From: an uncultured Lachnospiraceae bacterium
GTDB lineage: Bacteria > Bacillota > Clostridia > Lachnospirales > Lachnospiraceae
Assembly (NCBI GenBank): GCA_946541955.1
Contig: CAMNJZ010000001.1
Span: forward strand, 1,997-65,996
Direction of reading: 5' to 3'
Length of the DNA: 64,000 nt
This document shows, in pieces, positions 35,823-46,181 of the stretch (its first letter is position 1; every line of letters begins with the position of its first letter). The position numbers were made by a program, and so were the translations under genes. Under the pieces are notes generated by a model. It was not told where the DNA came from. It saw only the letters and a list, made by a program, of their open reading frames with translations, and made no database searches.

Positions 35823-36413
35823 TCAGACAGGGCTCTTTTTTCTGCTCTTTTTGGCGGCAGGAATCGTTCTGCAAGCAATAAGATCATAGCGCCTTTGGTA
35901 CTTTTCCACGTCGCACCCTTCGAGCAGATAGTTCTGCAGGATTTCTGCGCAGGCCGCGGCGTCGCTCCCTGCATGATGATGTCTGAGATTTATTTTGTAA
36001 TGGGCGCAGAGTTCATCCAGTTTATGGCCTTCTTCCGGCAGATGGTGCTTTCCGATCTGGCAGGTGCAAAGATACGGGACCTCGGTCTTCCAGTCGATCC
36101 CGTAGTCTCTGAGACATTTCCCCAGTACGCTCATATCAAAGGCTGCATTGTGAGCCGTCAGAAGCCCACTTTCCATGGTCCCCCGGATCTCCTCCCAGAT
36201 CTCCGGAAAGGTCTTCTCATTTCTGACCATGGCAGCGCTGATCCCTGTCAGCTCTACATTGAAATAGTCAAAGCGCTGTTCGGGATTGACCAGAGCATAG
36301 TATTCCGATATCAGCTTTCCGTTTTCGATCACCGAAATACCGATGGCACTCATCCGGCTGTTGTATCTGTTGGGCGTTTCTACGTCAAAGCACACAAATC
36401 TGTTGATTCCCAT
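35823..36413 (-). CDS. DEDDh 3'-5' exonuclease (DnaQ-like)
   Basis: FDVET, AHNAAFD, HHAGSDA. Confidence 0.9.
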   Translation of the reverse strand: MGINRFVCFDVETPNRYNSRMSAIGISVIENGKLISEYYALVNPEQRFDYFNVELTGISAAMVRNEKTFPEIWEEIRGTMESGLLTAHNAAFDMSVLGKCLRDYGIDWKTEVPYLCTCQIGKHHLPEEGHKLDELCAHYKINLRHHHAGSDAAACAEILQNYLLEGCDVEKYQRRYDLIACRTIPAAKKSRKKSPV

Positions 36414-36628
36414 CTGCCTCTCCTATTCCGTTCTTTTCCCTTTGTCCGGAAAAGCTTCTGAGAATATTATAGGCATAAAAAACGCCAAAGAGGAATAAAA
36501 AATATCCCTGCCGGCTTGAGGGCAGGGATATTTCTCAGGATACATATACAGGTGCTGCTTCTGCATTTACACGCATGCAGGGAGTGTCAGCCCTTTTGCA
36601 GGGGACTCCTTTTTTTCAGCTGCTTCTT

Positions 36629-37198
36629 TTATTCGTCCAGGCCGTAGTAAGGGATCACCAGCTGATCGCCCGGTCTGACCTTCAGGGTCTGTCCCGGCTT
36701 TAAAACGATGTGGTTGATCTTCAGGACCTCGGAAATATAGGCTTCCGGATTCTTATAATGATCCTGGTCCATGTAGCGGCTTACGAGATCATCCATGGTA
36801 TCGTTGTAGCCGACAGTGACCGTGGTGAAATATTTGACAGTTTTGGGACCCTCCTCCGCAGGCCTTGCCTTAAGGCCCATCAGGAAGCAGGATACCATCA
36901 GGATCATCATAACCGCTGTAAGCAGGAGGACCTTTCTTCTGGCCTGCGCCGCCATCCTGGCCCGGGCTCTTGCCCTGGCTCTTCTGCGGGCCCTTGCCTG
37001 CCCTGTCCCTGCTGTCATGGTCTGCCTGGCAGCGGACCTTCTTGCAGGGGCATCACAGACACGGGTCCTGCCTGTTCTGTTTTCTTTCTTCTGATTGTCG
37101 GATACGGAAACATAGACCCTGTGGGATGCACCGAATCCACGGCTGGCGTCTTCCAGCTTCATAAAGGGAACCAGACTCAATGAAGGATTCATTGCCAT
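36629..37198 (-). CDS. yneA: YneA-like SOS cell-division suppressor (TM + LysM-like)
   Basis: Divergent from lexA; basic region, one TM, C-terminal KYFTTVTV..YISEVLKINHI..PGDQLVIPYY. Confidence 0.75.
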   Translation of the reverse strand: MAMNPSLSLVPFMKLEDASRGFGASHRVYVSVSDNQKKENRTGRTRVCDAPARRSAARQTMTAGTGQARARRRARARARARMAAQARRKVLLLTAVMMILMVSCFLMGLKARPAEEGPKTVKYFTTVTVGYNDTMDDLVSRYMDQDHYKNPEAYISEVLKINHIVLKPGQTLKVRPGDQLVIPYYGLDE

Positions 37199-37228
37199 AT
37201 CTTATCTCCTATCTCTTATGCAGTTATC

Positions 37229-37328
37229 CAACGTTCGTTCGGAACAGTCGGTTGGAACATTCGTTTGATGTATTTTCATTATATCGAACACCCCTTCTAA
37301 TGTCAAGCTATGTTTCGAACAGATTTTT
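37229..37328. promoter_or_regulatory. cluster of LexA boxes in the yneA/lexA divergent promoter
   Basis: CAAC-GTTC-GTTC (37229), GAAC-ATTC-GTTT (37255), GAAC-ACCC-CTTC (37286), plus weaker GAAC half-sites. Confidence 0.75.
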
Positions 37329-37415
37329 GGAAATTTTGTTTGATTTTTGGGGAAGCTATGGTATAATATGGCAAACAGAAATATTTTGTCTGTATCAAAT
37401 ATCAGGAGGTATCTT

Positions 37416-38030
37416 ATGTCAAAAGGCAGAATCAGCAAAAAGCAGCAGGAGATTCTGGACTACATCAAGGAACGGATTCTGGAAAAAGGATATCCCCCGT
37501 CAGTCCGTGAGATCTGCGCAGCGGTGAGCCTCCGCTCCACCTCTTCTGTTCATTCTCATCTGGAGACACTGGAGAAAAACGGCTACATCCGCAGGGATCC
37601 CACCAAGCCCAGAACCATCGAGATCTGTGATGACAGCTTCCAGATGGTCCGCACTGAAATGTTTTCTCTTCCTATCGTAGGCAGGGTCGCTGCCGGGGAG
37701 CCCATCCTGGCCGACCAGAATATTATGTCCTATTTCCCTGTCCCCGCTGAGTGTGTTCCTTCAGGCGAGTCCTTTGCCCTCCGGGTCCATGGCGAATCCA
37801 TGATCAACGCCGGCATTTTTGACGGAGATCTGATTTTCGTCAACGCCTGCAATACTTGCAGCAACGGTGAGATCATCGTAGCCCTGGTCGACGATTCGGC
37901 AACGGTCAAGACTTTCTATAAGGAAGACGGTCATATTCGTCTCCAGCCTGAAAATGATACCATGGATCCCATTATCGTAGATAACTGCACGATCCTGGGC
38001 AAAGTCTTCGGCGTTTTCCGTCTTATGTAA
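37416..38030 (+). CDS. lexA: SOS repressor LexA
   Basis: GYPPSVREI, RVAAGEPI cleavage site, GESM (Ser), ATVK (Lys). Confidence 0.97.
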   Translation: MSKGRISKKQQEILDYIKERILEKGYPPSVREICAAVSLRSTSSVHSHLETLEKNGYIRRDPTKPRTIEICDDSFQMVRTEMFSLPIVGRVAAGEPILADQNIMSYFPVPAECVPSGESFALRVHGESMINAGIFDGDLIFVNACNTCSNGEIIVALVDDSATVKTFYKEDGHIRLQPENDTMDPIIVDNCTILGKVFGVFRLM

Positions 38031-38044
38031 ATTTCAGTGAATGA

Positions 38045-38074
38045 AAAAGGACCAGCCAGGGGCTGGTCCTTTTT
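38045..38074. terminator. bidirectional terminator lexA/rsfS
   Basis: AAAAAGGACCAGCC-AGG-GGCTGGTCCTTTTT. Confidence 0.85.
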
Positions 38075-38134
38075 CAGCAGGGCGCCACACAGTCTCCCGC
38101 GCCGCTTCCCTCTGTATCAATCTATAAAATCCGA

Positions 38135-38503
38135 TCAGATTTCAGATGCATCGATCTGTTTTCCGTCTCTCCAGATCCTTTCCAGATCATAAAGGAGACG
38201 TTCATTCTGATCAAAAAGATGCACGATGATGTCACCGAAATCCAGAAGGATCCAGCTGGCGTTGCTGTAGCCTTCCACCTGCTTGACAGGATAGCCGGCC
38301 TTGCCCATCTTCTCTTCGACTGCATCGGACATAGCCTGGATCTGATTTCTGTTGGTGCCGTTGGCAATGATAAAGTAATCCGCAAGAACGGATACATCGC
38401 TGATATCGATGACCCTGATATCTGCAGCCTTCTTATCCTCCAGTGCATCAATGACAAGCTTGGTCAGTTCCCGGTTTTTTTCCTTTGTGTTGGCTTCACT
38501 CAT
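38135..38503 (-). CDS. rsfS: ribosome silencing factor
   Basis: DKKAADI, ADYFIIA, WILLDFGDIIVH, YDLERIW. Confidence 0.96.
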   Translation of the reverse strand: MSEANTKEKNRELTKLVIDALEDKKAADIRVIDISDVSVLADYFIIANGTNRNQIQAMSDAVEEKMGKAGYPVKQVEGYSNASWILLDFGDIIVHLFDQNERLLYDLERIWRDGKQIDASEI

Positions 38504-39098
38504 AATAGTTTCTCACCTCATTATGTGTTTTGTAGAAATCATAGGTACGCTGTGTCATGGGATCGATTTCGCGGCCGGTAGATTTCAGATAGACCAGGGA
38601 ATCAAGCAGGATCTTCAGAACCGCATCATCAATGGTATCGGAATTGAAGGCAAGATGCCTCACCTCCGGAAGATCCTCCGCCACATCACGGCCGGGCTCC
38701 ATGTAGTCAGCCACAAAGATGATCTTCTCCAGCAGTGACATGCCGGGACGGCCCGTCGTATGATAGCGCACCGCATTGATGATATCTGCATCTGTATATC
38801 CGTACTTGTCTGTTACAAGAACGCTGCCGGCCTTGGAATGCAGCAAAGATCCGCTCGCTCTTTCCATATCTGAGATCTCGAGTCCTGCCTTTTCGCAGAT
38901 CTTGATCATTTTCTTCAGATCCATGCACTTGGCACAGTCATGAAGGAGCCCTGCGATCTCCGCCTTCTCTACATCCGCTCCATAGACCATGGCCAGAGAG
39001 GTGGCAGTATAGGCTACGCCCATGGTATGGATAAAACGTTTGTAGTTCAGCTCTGCTTCCAGCTGCCTGACTAATGCTGCTCTTTCTTCTCTCTTCAA
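38496..39098 (-). CDS. yqeK: HD-domain Ap4A hydrolase YqeK
   Basis: RFIHTMGV, LLHDCAK, HTTG, ADYMEPGR; follows nadD. Confidence 0.93.
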   Translation of the reverse strand: MKREERAALVRQLEAELNYKRFIHTMGVAYTATSLAMVYGADVEKAEIAGLLHDCAKCMDLKKMIKICEKAGLEISDMERASGSLLHSKAGSVLVTDKYGYTDADIINAVRYHTTGRPGMSLLEKIIFVADYMEPGRDVAEDLPEVRHLAFNSDTIDDAVLKILLDSLVYLKSTGREIDPMTQRTYDFYKTHNEVRNYYE

Positions 39099-39189
39099 AT
39101 CTGCCGCTCCTTATGCTAATTCCCTGTCTCCATTATACCAGACACAGGCCAGGATTGAAATTCCGGGGAGGAAGAAGTTTTCCGCCAGG

Positions 39190-39810
39190 TCACTGGTAGA
39201 GCTCCCGCTCCCGAATATAGTTGATGACTGCCTCCGGCAGCATATAGCGGACGCTTCTGCCCGCTTCCAGCCGGTTTTTGATATCCGTAGAGGAAAAAGC
39301 CACATTGGGCACATCCATCAGAAGGATCCTGGCACCGAATTCCTTTTGCAGGGTTTCCATCTCCAAGAGAAGGGCACTGCCCTTCACGGATTCCTCCCGA
39401 ACCGCGGCCAGAATCGTACAGGATGCAAAGACCTGCTCCGGATGATACCAGGTCCGCATGGTCACCACCGTATCGGCACCGACAATAAAGAAGTAGTCTG
39501 TATCCGGATTCTCCCGGGTCAGGATTTCCATGGTCTCGGCCGTATAGGTCCTGCCCTCCCGCATGACTTCCATGTCCGTCACTGTAAAGAAGGGATTGTC
39601 CCGGACCGCAAGCCTGGTCATTTCCAGTCTCTCATACTTGTCGGAGACCCGCCTTGTCTGTCTGTCCTTAAAATAGGACCGGCCGGAGGGCATGAACATG
39701 ACGGCGTCCAGCGAAAATGCATCTCTTGCCGTCTCAGCAATCAGAAGGTGTCCGAAATGCGGCGGATCAAAGGTCCCGCCCATGATGCCGATCTTTTTTC
39801 TTTTATCCAT
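39190..39810 (-). CDS. nadD: nicotinate-nucleotide adenylyltransferase
   Basis: GGTFDPPHFGH, FIVGAD, SSTDIK. Confidence 0.95.
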   Translation of the reverse strand: MDKRKKIGIMGGTFDPPHFGHLLIAETARDAFSLDAVMFMPSGRSYFKDRQTRRVSDKYERLEMTRLAVRDNPFFTVTDMEVMREGRTYTAETMEILTRENPDTDYFFIVGADTVVTMRTWYHPEQVFASCTILAAVREESVKGSALLLEMETLQKEFGARILLMDVPNVAFSSTDIKNRLEAGRSVRYMLPEAVINYIRERELYQ

Positions 39811-39858
39811 AACACATCACCTTTAAGGCTTCGAAACCGGAGAAAACAAAGCTCCTTC

Positions 39859-40167
39859 TCAGGAACGCTTATTCTTTTCCGGAAGGACGATCCTGGGATT
39901 CTCTTTAAAGGGTCTGTAGAGGATAAATTTACGGCCGATCACACGGACCAGCTGGGACCTGGTCCTCTCGGCCAGGGTCTGCGCCAGGTCTCTGGGATCC
40001 CCAGGGGCCATCTTCATGATGGATCCTTTGAGAAGCTCTCTGGTGTTGAAAGCCTCCTCGCAGGAAATGGCGACCTCCGGCGTTACGCCTGCAAGGCCGA
40101 TATTGACAACGGGCTCCAGGTCATTGGAAAGACCTGTCAGATAAGCCCTCTGTTTACTGCTAAGCAT
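39859..40167 (-). CDS. yhbY: YhbY/CRM RNA-binding protein
   Basis: SSKQRAYL, ELLK, IGRKFILYR. Confidence 0.92.
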   Translation of the reverse strand: MLSSKQRAYLTGLSNDLEPVVNIGLAGVTPEVAISCEEAFNTRELLKGSIMKMAPGDPRDLAQTLAERTRSQLVRVIGRKFILYRPFKENPRIVLPEKNKRS

Positions 40168-40192
40168 GCTTTATCTCCTTTCACAGGGGGAA

Positions 40193-41494
40193 TCAGTCAA
40201 AGAAATCGAAGGCATGCCCGTACATGCGGACCGTATCGCCCTCTTTGCAGCCCATCTCCTTGAGCTTTTCAATGATTCCGTTCTCTTTGATGAAGTTCTG
40301 GAAGAACATGAAGCCCTTCTCTGTATCCAGGTTGGTATAGCCCAGCATCTTTTCGATCCTGGGGCCTTCCACGATATATTCATGGGTCTTGGGGTCGTAT
40401 TCGTAGCTGATGGGATCTTCCCTGTCATCAAAATACATGGAGGGATCATACTCCGATTCATAGACCCGTACGTCCCTGGGCATCTGGTCCAGCACATTCT
40501 TGATGTGGTATAAAAGCTCCCGGACGCCGGCCCCGGTCGCTGCGGAAATGGGATAGACTTCGGCTCCCAGGCTCTGACAATAGTCACGGATGGCCTTGAT
40601 GGGATTGAAATCATCATCCTCCAGCTCCTCGGGATCGATCAGATCCAGCTTGTTGGCCGCGATTATCTGGTGCTTCTTGGTCAGGTCGATGTTATAGCGC
40701 TCCAGTTCCGCATTGATGGCCTTGATATCCTCGATGGGATCCCGGTCCTCCGATCCGGAGGCATCCACCACATGGACCAGGACCTTGGTCCTTTCAATAT
40801 GCTGCAGGAACTCATGGCCAAGTCCCAGGCCCTCGGCCGCGCCTTCGATCAGGCCCGGTATATCCGCCATGACAAAGCCGCCTTCCTCCAGATCCACCAC
40901 GCCCAGGATGGGCGTCAGGGTCGTGAAATGATAGTTGGCGATCTTGGGCTTTGCATTGGAGACCATGGAAAGCAGGGTCGACTTGCCCACATTGGGGAAG
41001 CCCACCAGGCCTACGTCCGCAATGACCTTCAGCTCCAGCTGGAGCTCCAGGGTCTTGGCAGGCTGACCGGGCTGGGCGTATTTGGGAGCCTGCATGGTGG
41101 AGGTGGCATAATGCATGTTGCCGTTTCCGCCCAGGCCGCCCTTTAAAATCACATACTCCCGGTTGTCTCCGGACATATCGATGATGATCTTGCCGGTATT
41201 GAGCTCCCGGACAATGGTGCCTTCCGGCACCTTCAGGATCAGGTCCTCGCCCTTTTTGCCGGACATTCTCTTCTGCTTGCCCTCTTCTCCGTTCTGGGCA
41301 GCATACTTGCGCATATGCCGGAAATCACCCAGGGTGTTGAGCCCTTCGTCCACTTTCAGGATGACGCTGCCGCCGTTTCCGCCGTCACCGCCGTCGGGGC
41401 CGCCGTTGGGTACAAATTTTTCTCTTCGGAAAGAGACATGGCCGTCTCCTCCCTTGCCGCTCTGCACGACAATCTTTACTTTATCTGTAAACAT
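40193..41494 (-). CDS. obgE: GTPase Obg
   Basis: FRREKFVPNGGPDGGDGG, GFPNVGKST, DIPG, NKLD. Confidence 0.98.
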   Translation of the reverse strand: MFTDKVKIVVQSGKGGDGHVSFRREKFVPNGGPDGGDGGNGGSVILKVDEGLNTLGDFRHMRKYAAQNGEEGKQKRMSGKKGEDLILKVPEGTIVRELNTGKIIIDMSGDNREYVILKGGLGGNGNMHYATSTMQAPKYAQPGQPAKTLELQLELKVIADVGLVGFPNVGKSTLLSMVSNAKPKIANYHFTTLTPILGVVDLEEGGFVMADIPGLIEGAAEGLGLGHEFLQHIERTKVLVHVVDASGSEDRDPIEDIKAINAELERYNIDLTKKHQIIAANKLDLIDPEELEDDDFNPIKAIRDYCQSLGAEVYPISAATGAGVRELLYHIKNVLDQMPRDVRVYESEYDPSMYFDDREDPISYEYDPKTHEYIVEGPRIEKMLGYTNLDTEKGFMFFQNFIKENGIIEKLKEMGCKEGDTVRMYGHAFDFFD

Positions 41495-41567
41495 ACGCTC
41501 CGTTTTTATAAAACTCCGAAAAAAAGGCTTCAGACAGGGTGCCTGTCCGAAGCCTTGATGTCACATC

Positions 41568-41870
41568 TTACTGCTCTGCAACTTCTGCAACTTCTACGGG
41601 ATGAACGGAAGCTCTCTTTCTGTACTTGCCTACACGTTCAAATCTCAGAATGCCGTCAGTTAATGCAAACAGGGTGTCGTCACCGCCCAGGCCTACATTG
41701 AGACCGGGATGGATGTGTGTGCCACGCTGTCTGTACAGGATGTTGCCGGCTTTGACAAACTGTCCGTCTGCCTTCTTGGCACCTAATCTCTTAGCGTTGG
41801 AATCACGGCCGTTCTTGGTGGATCCCATACCTTTTTTATGTGCGAAGAACTGAAGGTTAAGTCTTAACAT
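41568..41870 (-). CDS. rpmA: 50S ribosomal protein L27 with Prp-cleaved N-terminal extension
   Basis: [24 protein letters not shown]. Confidence 0.98.
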   Translation of the reverse strand: MLRLNLQFFAHKKGMGSTKNGRDSNAKRLGAKKADGQFVKAGNILYRQRGTHIHPGLNVGLGGDDTLFALTDGILRFERVGKYRKRASVHPVEVAEVAEQ

Positions 41871-41874
41871 TGTG

Positions 41875-42207
41875 TTATACCTCCTTGATTACGTACTGCA
41901 GATATTTCCTGCCGTATTCCTCCCGGATCGTTTTCAGTCCGAAAATCATACAGTCCACAAGAAATGCTGCCTTATCTCCGGGTTTCTGCAGGAAGGAACA
42001 GGATAAATATCCTCCTTCCTTTTCGTCAGCTTCGACCATGATCTCCTCATGAAGGAGCTCCTCCAGACAGTTCACAGTATTGATCACCAGAATGGAGATA
42101 GCGGCGCAGATGATATCTTCGCCCTCCTCAGCATAGCCTGCATGGCCTGTGCATGTGAAGGATCTGTAATCGCCTGACTTGTTTTTCTGGATTATGACTT
42201 TCGTCAT
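41875..42207 (-). CDS. prp: ribosomal-processing cysteine protease Prp
   Basis: GHAGY...DIICAAIS; lies between rplU and rpmA. Confidence 0.95.
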   Translation of the reverse strand: MTKVIIQKNKSGDYRSFTCTGHAGYAEEGEDIICAAISILVINTVNCLEELLHEEIMVEADEKEGGYLSCSFLQKPGDKAAFLVDCMIFGLKTIREEYGRKYLQYVIKEV

Positions 42208-42215
42208 ACTTTTCC

Positions 42216-42521
42216 TCAGCCGTTGATCTTGTCGATCTTAACACGGGTATAAGCCTGTCTGTGACCGTTCTTTTTGTGATAGCCGGTCTTTCTCTTATAC
42301 CTGTACACAACGACCTTTTTCTGCTTGCCCTGATCTAAGACAGTGCCTGTTACGGTTGCACCGGCAACGTCAGCCGCTACCTTCAGTGCATCGCCGCCTA
42401 CTGCAAGGACCTGATCAAAGGTAACACTGTTTCCAGTCTCAACATCGATCTTTTCGATATCGATGATATCTCCTTCGGAAACTTTGTACTGTTTGCCACC
42501 TGTTGCAATAATCGCGTACAT
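42216..42521 (-). CDS. rplU: 50S ribosomal protein L21
   Basis: [14 protein letters not shown]...GHRQ. Confidence 0.98.
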   Translation of the reverse strand: MYAIIATGGKQYKVSEGDIIDIEKIDVETGNSVTFDQVLAVGGDALKVAADVAGATVTGTVLDQGKQKKVVVYRYKRKTGYHKKNGHRQAYTRVKIDKING

Positions 42522-42539
42522 CTTGGTACCTCCTTCTTT

Positions 42540-42655
42540 AAAAAACTCGCTGATTACGGCGTCCGGAAAGTCCGGCTCTTTCAGGGAAGGTCTGCAGTAC
42601 CATACAGCCTTGCCCACAGCCCAAAGGGCATAGCTTGCCTCACCATGCGGCATAC
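42540..42655 (-). ncRNA. putative L21 ribosomal protein leader
   Basis: Structured 5' UTR of rplU (GCCGCAUGGUGAGG...GCGAGU); assigned mainly by position. Confidence 0.45.
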
Positions 42656-42741
42656 TCTATATATTTATCAGAATCGGGACAGATTGTCAACAGAATTGTT
42701 TTAAATAAATATACAATTTCCCCGATTTTCCAGAGATTTTT

Positions 42742-44052
42742 TTAGTGAGCCTGTCTTCTGGCCAGCTCTTCCATGACATCTTCCCAGCTGACCTCCTTCT
42801 GGGCCATCACCACCATCAGGTGATAGAGATAGTCGGCAATTTCATAGACGATCTCAGTGCTGCCCTGATTCTTAGCGGCAATGATGATTTCGGTATTCTC
42901 CTCTCCCAGCTTCTTAAGCATCTTGTCCAGTCCCTTATTGAAAAGGTAGTTGGTATAGGAGCCTTCCTTGGGATGTTTGCGCCTTTCCAGGATGGTCTGG
43001 TAATCCTTTTCCAGGACCCTGGCGGGATTGTGAAGGGCCATTTCCGTATCCTTCACATCTTCATTGAAGAAGCAGGAATGCTTGCCGGTGTGGCAGGCGC
43101 CGCCCACCTGATCGACCCTGGCCAGAAGGGTATCCATGTCGCAGTCCCCGGTCAGGGTCCGGACATACTGGTAATGGCCGCTGGTCTCTCCCTTGACCCA
43201 GAGCTGTTTTCTGCTCCTGGACCAGTAGGTCATGCGTCCTGTTTTGACGGTCAGCTTGTAGGCTTCCTCGTTCATGTAGGCCACCATCAGGACCTCGTCG
43301 GTGGCTGCTTCCTGCACCACCACGGGCAGGAGGCCGTCAGAATTCTTCACAAAGGATTCCCAGGGGAAAAGAGCCTGCCGGAGCTTTACGGGAATCCCGG
43401 ACTCCCTGCAGTTCATCTTGATGGCGTAGATCTCACCCAGTCTGTCATTGACCGCGTTGCCGCCAATGCCGCCGATTCCTTCTTTGCGCAGGACCTCATA
43501 GAATTCTCCGGTGGTCACTTCCTCCAGAACGGCAATGGTGGGCATACCTTCCACCCTGGGCGCCTTCTGCCAGGGGGTCCTGTCAATGCCGTCGACATAG
43601 AAAAGCTCGCACACACTTTCCCGGATCAGGGCCTGGTTTCCCAGAACTGCATCGGTCGCCAGACAGCAGGCAGCGATCTTGTCCCGGCCAAAGCGGGCTG
43701 CCGCTTCCCGGGCCAGCTGCACATTGTCGGTCCTGGAGAAATTCAGGGCCGCCTTTCTGCATCCGGCATAAAGGAGCTTTTTGACATCCTCCAGGCGGCG
43801 GATATTGCCGGCGCCGGTCACAGGGATGCGGACCTTGTCACAGATCTCCCGGATCAGCTCCAGGGCTTCGTCATGCTCTTTGTCGGTTCTGGACTGGTCA
43901 AAGACCAGGAGCTCGTCGATATGGCCGTTGTTATAGTTGAGGGCCAGGGAAACCGGATTCTCTGAAACCACGGTATGGTCCCGCAGGCTTTTGACCGCCT
44001 TTCCCTGATAAAGATAGATGGCAGGGATAAACTTTCTGTATTCAGTTGCCAT
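42742..44052 (-). CDS. hisIE: HisF/HisA-like barrel fused to bifunctional HisIE
   Basis: N-terminal barrel ([18 protein letters not shown]); HisI WSRSR..KGETSG..DCDMD..CHTG..SCF; HisE GSYT..KKLGEE..ADYLYH. Confidence 0.93.
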   Translation of the reverse strand: MATEYRKFIPAIYLYQGKAVKSLRDHTVVSENPVSLALNYNNGHIDELLVFDQSRTDKEHDEALELIREICDKVRIPVTGAGNIRRLEDVKKLLYAGCRKAALNFSRTDNVQLAREAAARFGRDKIAACCLATDAVLGNQALIRESVCELFYVDGIDRTPWQKAPRVEGMPTIAVLEEVTTGEFYEVLRKEGIGGIGGNAVNDRLGEIYAIKMNCRESGIPVKLRQALFPWESFVKNSDGLLPVVVQEAATDEVLMVAYMNEEAYKLTVKTGRMTYWSRSRKQLWVKGETSGHYQYVRTLTGDCDMDTLLARVDQVGGACHTGKHSCFFNEDVKDTEMALHNPARVLEKDYQTILERRKHPKEGSYTNYLFNKGLDKMLKKLGEENTEIIIAAKNQGSTEIVYEIADYLYHLMVVMAQKEVSWEDVMEELARRQAH

Positions 44053-44141
44053 GATCTGTCTCCTTTCTAATCTGCGCCGGAAGGCCTTCTATGCTTCCTC
44101 ATCATCCCGCCGGAGCGGCAAAGCCTGCAGCCAAGGGATGA

Positions 44142-45434
44142 TTACTTTTCGAACCGCACCCGGATCGAGTTGGCGTGGGCCGTCAGGCCCTCATTTTCGG
44201 CAAAAAGCTCGATGTCTTCGTGGACCTTTTCCAGGGCCTGCCTGGAATAGGAAATGATGGACGTCTTCTTGATGAACTGGTCGACGCCCAGCGGAGAAAA
44301 GAACCTGGCCGTACCGTTGGTCGGCAGGATATGGTTGGGGCCTGCATAGTAATCGCCCAGAGGCTCGGAGGAATAGGTCCCCAGGAAAATGGCGCCGGCG
44401 TTTCTGATCCGGGTCATGACCTCAAAGGGTTCGGCCGTAACGATCTCCACATGCTCGGAGGCAATGGTATTGGCAGCGTCCACCAGGTCATCCATGGAGG
44501 GGCTGACAAAGATATATCCGTAGGAATCCAGGGACTGGCGGATGATCTCGGCTCTGGACAGGGTCTTTAGGAATCCGTCCACCTCCTCTGATACTGCCTC
44601 GGCCAGCTCCTTACTGGTGGTCAGAAGGATGGCTGAAGCCATGGGATCGTGCTCTGCCTGGGATAAAAGATCGGCCGCCACGAACCTGGGATTGGCCGTC
44701 TCGTCCGCGATCACCAGAATCTCGGAGGGGCCCGCCACGGAATCGATGCCCGTTACCCCAAAGCAGGCCTTCTTGGCCAGGGCCACATAAATGTTGCCGG
44801 GGCCGGTGATCTTGTCGGCTCTGGGAATGGACTCTGTTCCGTATGCCATGGCTGCGATGGCCTGGGCGCCGCCGGTCTTATAGATGGCGTCTGCGCCGGC
44901 GATGTCGGCGGCCACGATGGTTCCGGGGGTCACCTTTCCCTGGGTATTGGGAGGCGTGGTCACAATGATTTTGGGAACCCCTGCCACCTTTGCGGGGATC
45001 ACGTTCATCAGAACGCTGGAGGGATAGGCCGCCCGGCCTCCGGGAACATAGCAGCCCGAAACTTCAATGGGCGTCACCTTCTGGCCCAGAATCACGCCGT
45101 CCTCCCGGGTCGTGATCCAGGAATTGATCTTCTGCTTTTCATGATAGGACCGGATGTTGTCCGCCGCTCTCCGAAGGACTTCGACAAATGCGGGATCCAG
45201 GGCCTGATAGGCCTCCTCGATCTCCTCTCTGGTCACCTGGATGCTTTCGGCAGTCAGGTCGCAGTGGTCAAATTTCTTTTCATAGGCAAAGAGGGCCCTG
45301 TCGCCGCCGGTCCGGATATCCTCGATGATCTGACGGACTGCCTTTTCCTGTTCCTCATAACCGGAAGGGCTCCGGCCGATCAGCGCTTCCAGCGCTTCCT
45401 TTTTTGTATCTTCCGTTAATGTGACGATCCTCAT
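44142..45434 (-). CDS. hisD: histidinol dehydrogenase
   Basis: YVPGG..YPSS, GGAQAI, AGPSE, SQAEHD, GDY.AGPNH.LPT. Confidence 0.97.
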   Translation of the reverse strand: MRIVTLTEDTKKEALEALIGRSPSGYEEQEKAVRQIIEDIRTGGDRALFAYEKKFDHCDLTAESIQVTREEIEEAYQALDPAFVEVLRRAADNIRSYHEKQKINSWITTREDGVILGQKVTPIEVSGCYVPGGRAAYPSSVLMNVIPAKVAGVPKIIVTTPPNTQGKVTPGTIVAADIAGADAIYKTGGAQAIAAMAYGTESIPRADKITGPGNIYVALAKKACFGVTGIDSVAGPSEILVIADETANPRFVAADLLSQAEHDPMASAILLTTSKELAEAVSEEVDGFLKTLSRAEIIRQSLDSYGYIFVSPSMDDLVDAANTIASEHVEIVTAEPFEVMTRIRNAGAIFLGTYSSEPLGDYYAGPNHILPTNGTARFFSPLGVDQFIKKTSIISYSRQALEKVHEDIELFAENEGLTAHANSIRVRFEK

Positions 45435-45443
45435 ACTAACCTC

Positions 45444-46157
45444 TCACGACAAAGCAGATGGCCCGGCCGTTTCTTTCTTTTCTGCATTGACTACGTCTCT
45501 TACAAGGGAAATCACTTCCCGGATCCTCTGGGCCTTCATGGTCATGGAGACCTGGTTTACGATCATCCTGGCGGAAATGGGACATACCTCCTCCAGGACC
45601 TTCAGATGGTTGGCCCGCAGGGTGCTGCCTGTCTCAACGATATCCACGATGACGTCGGCCAGCTCCACAATGGGCCCCAGCTCCACAGAACCGTTCAGCT
45701 TGATGATATCCACCGTCTGATGCTTGCGGTTGTAGAAATAATCCCTGGCAATACCGGGATATTTGGAAGCCACCCGGATCCGTTCATGGTGCTGGAGCAG
45801 GTCCCTGGCAGATTCCGGCCCGGCCACGCACATGGTGCATTTGCCGAATTCCAGATCCAGGACCTCATAGACCCGGCGGTTTTCTTCCATAATTATATCA
45901 GATCCGGTCACGCCGATGTCAGCGGCTCCATATTCCACATAGGTCGGAACGTCCGGCCCCTTGGACAAGAAGAAGCGGAGCTTCTGCTCTTCGTTGGTAA
46001 AGATCAGCTTTCTGGATTTCTTGTTCTTTAATTCCTCACAGAAAAAACCGGCCTTTTCCAGAAGCTCCATGGTCTGGTCTGCCAGTCTTCCCTTGGTCAG
46101 GGCTATGGTCAGATATTGGGAACGGTCCTCAGCGAGGGCCTCATTGATGTTTTCCAT
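45444..46157 (-). CDS. hisG: ATP phosphoribosyltransferase, short form
   Basis: IALTKGR, DVPTYVEYGAADIG, GSVELGP, DIVETGSTL. Confidence 0.96.
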   Translation of the reverse strand: MENINEALAEDRSQYLTIALTKGRLADQTMELLEKAGFFCEELKNKKSRKLIFTNEEQKLRFFLSKGPDVPTYVEYGAADIGVTGSDIIMEENRRVYEVLDLEFGKCTMCVAGPESARDLLQHHERIRVASKYPGIARDYFYNRKHQTVDIIKLNGSVELGPIVELADVIVDIVETGSTLRANHLKVLEEVCPISARMIVNQVSMTMKAQRIREVISLVRDVVNAEKKETAGPSALS

Positions 46158-46181
46158 AGGTCATATTCCTTTCAGGGACAG

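Noticed and set aside
36940-37010. Arg-Ala repeat in the yneA-like gene as a special element
   Set aside because: Low-complexity basic segment before the TM, in frame, with no evidence of a separate function.
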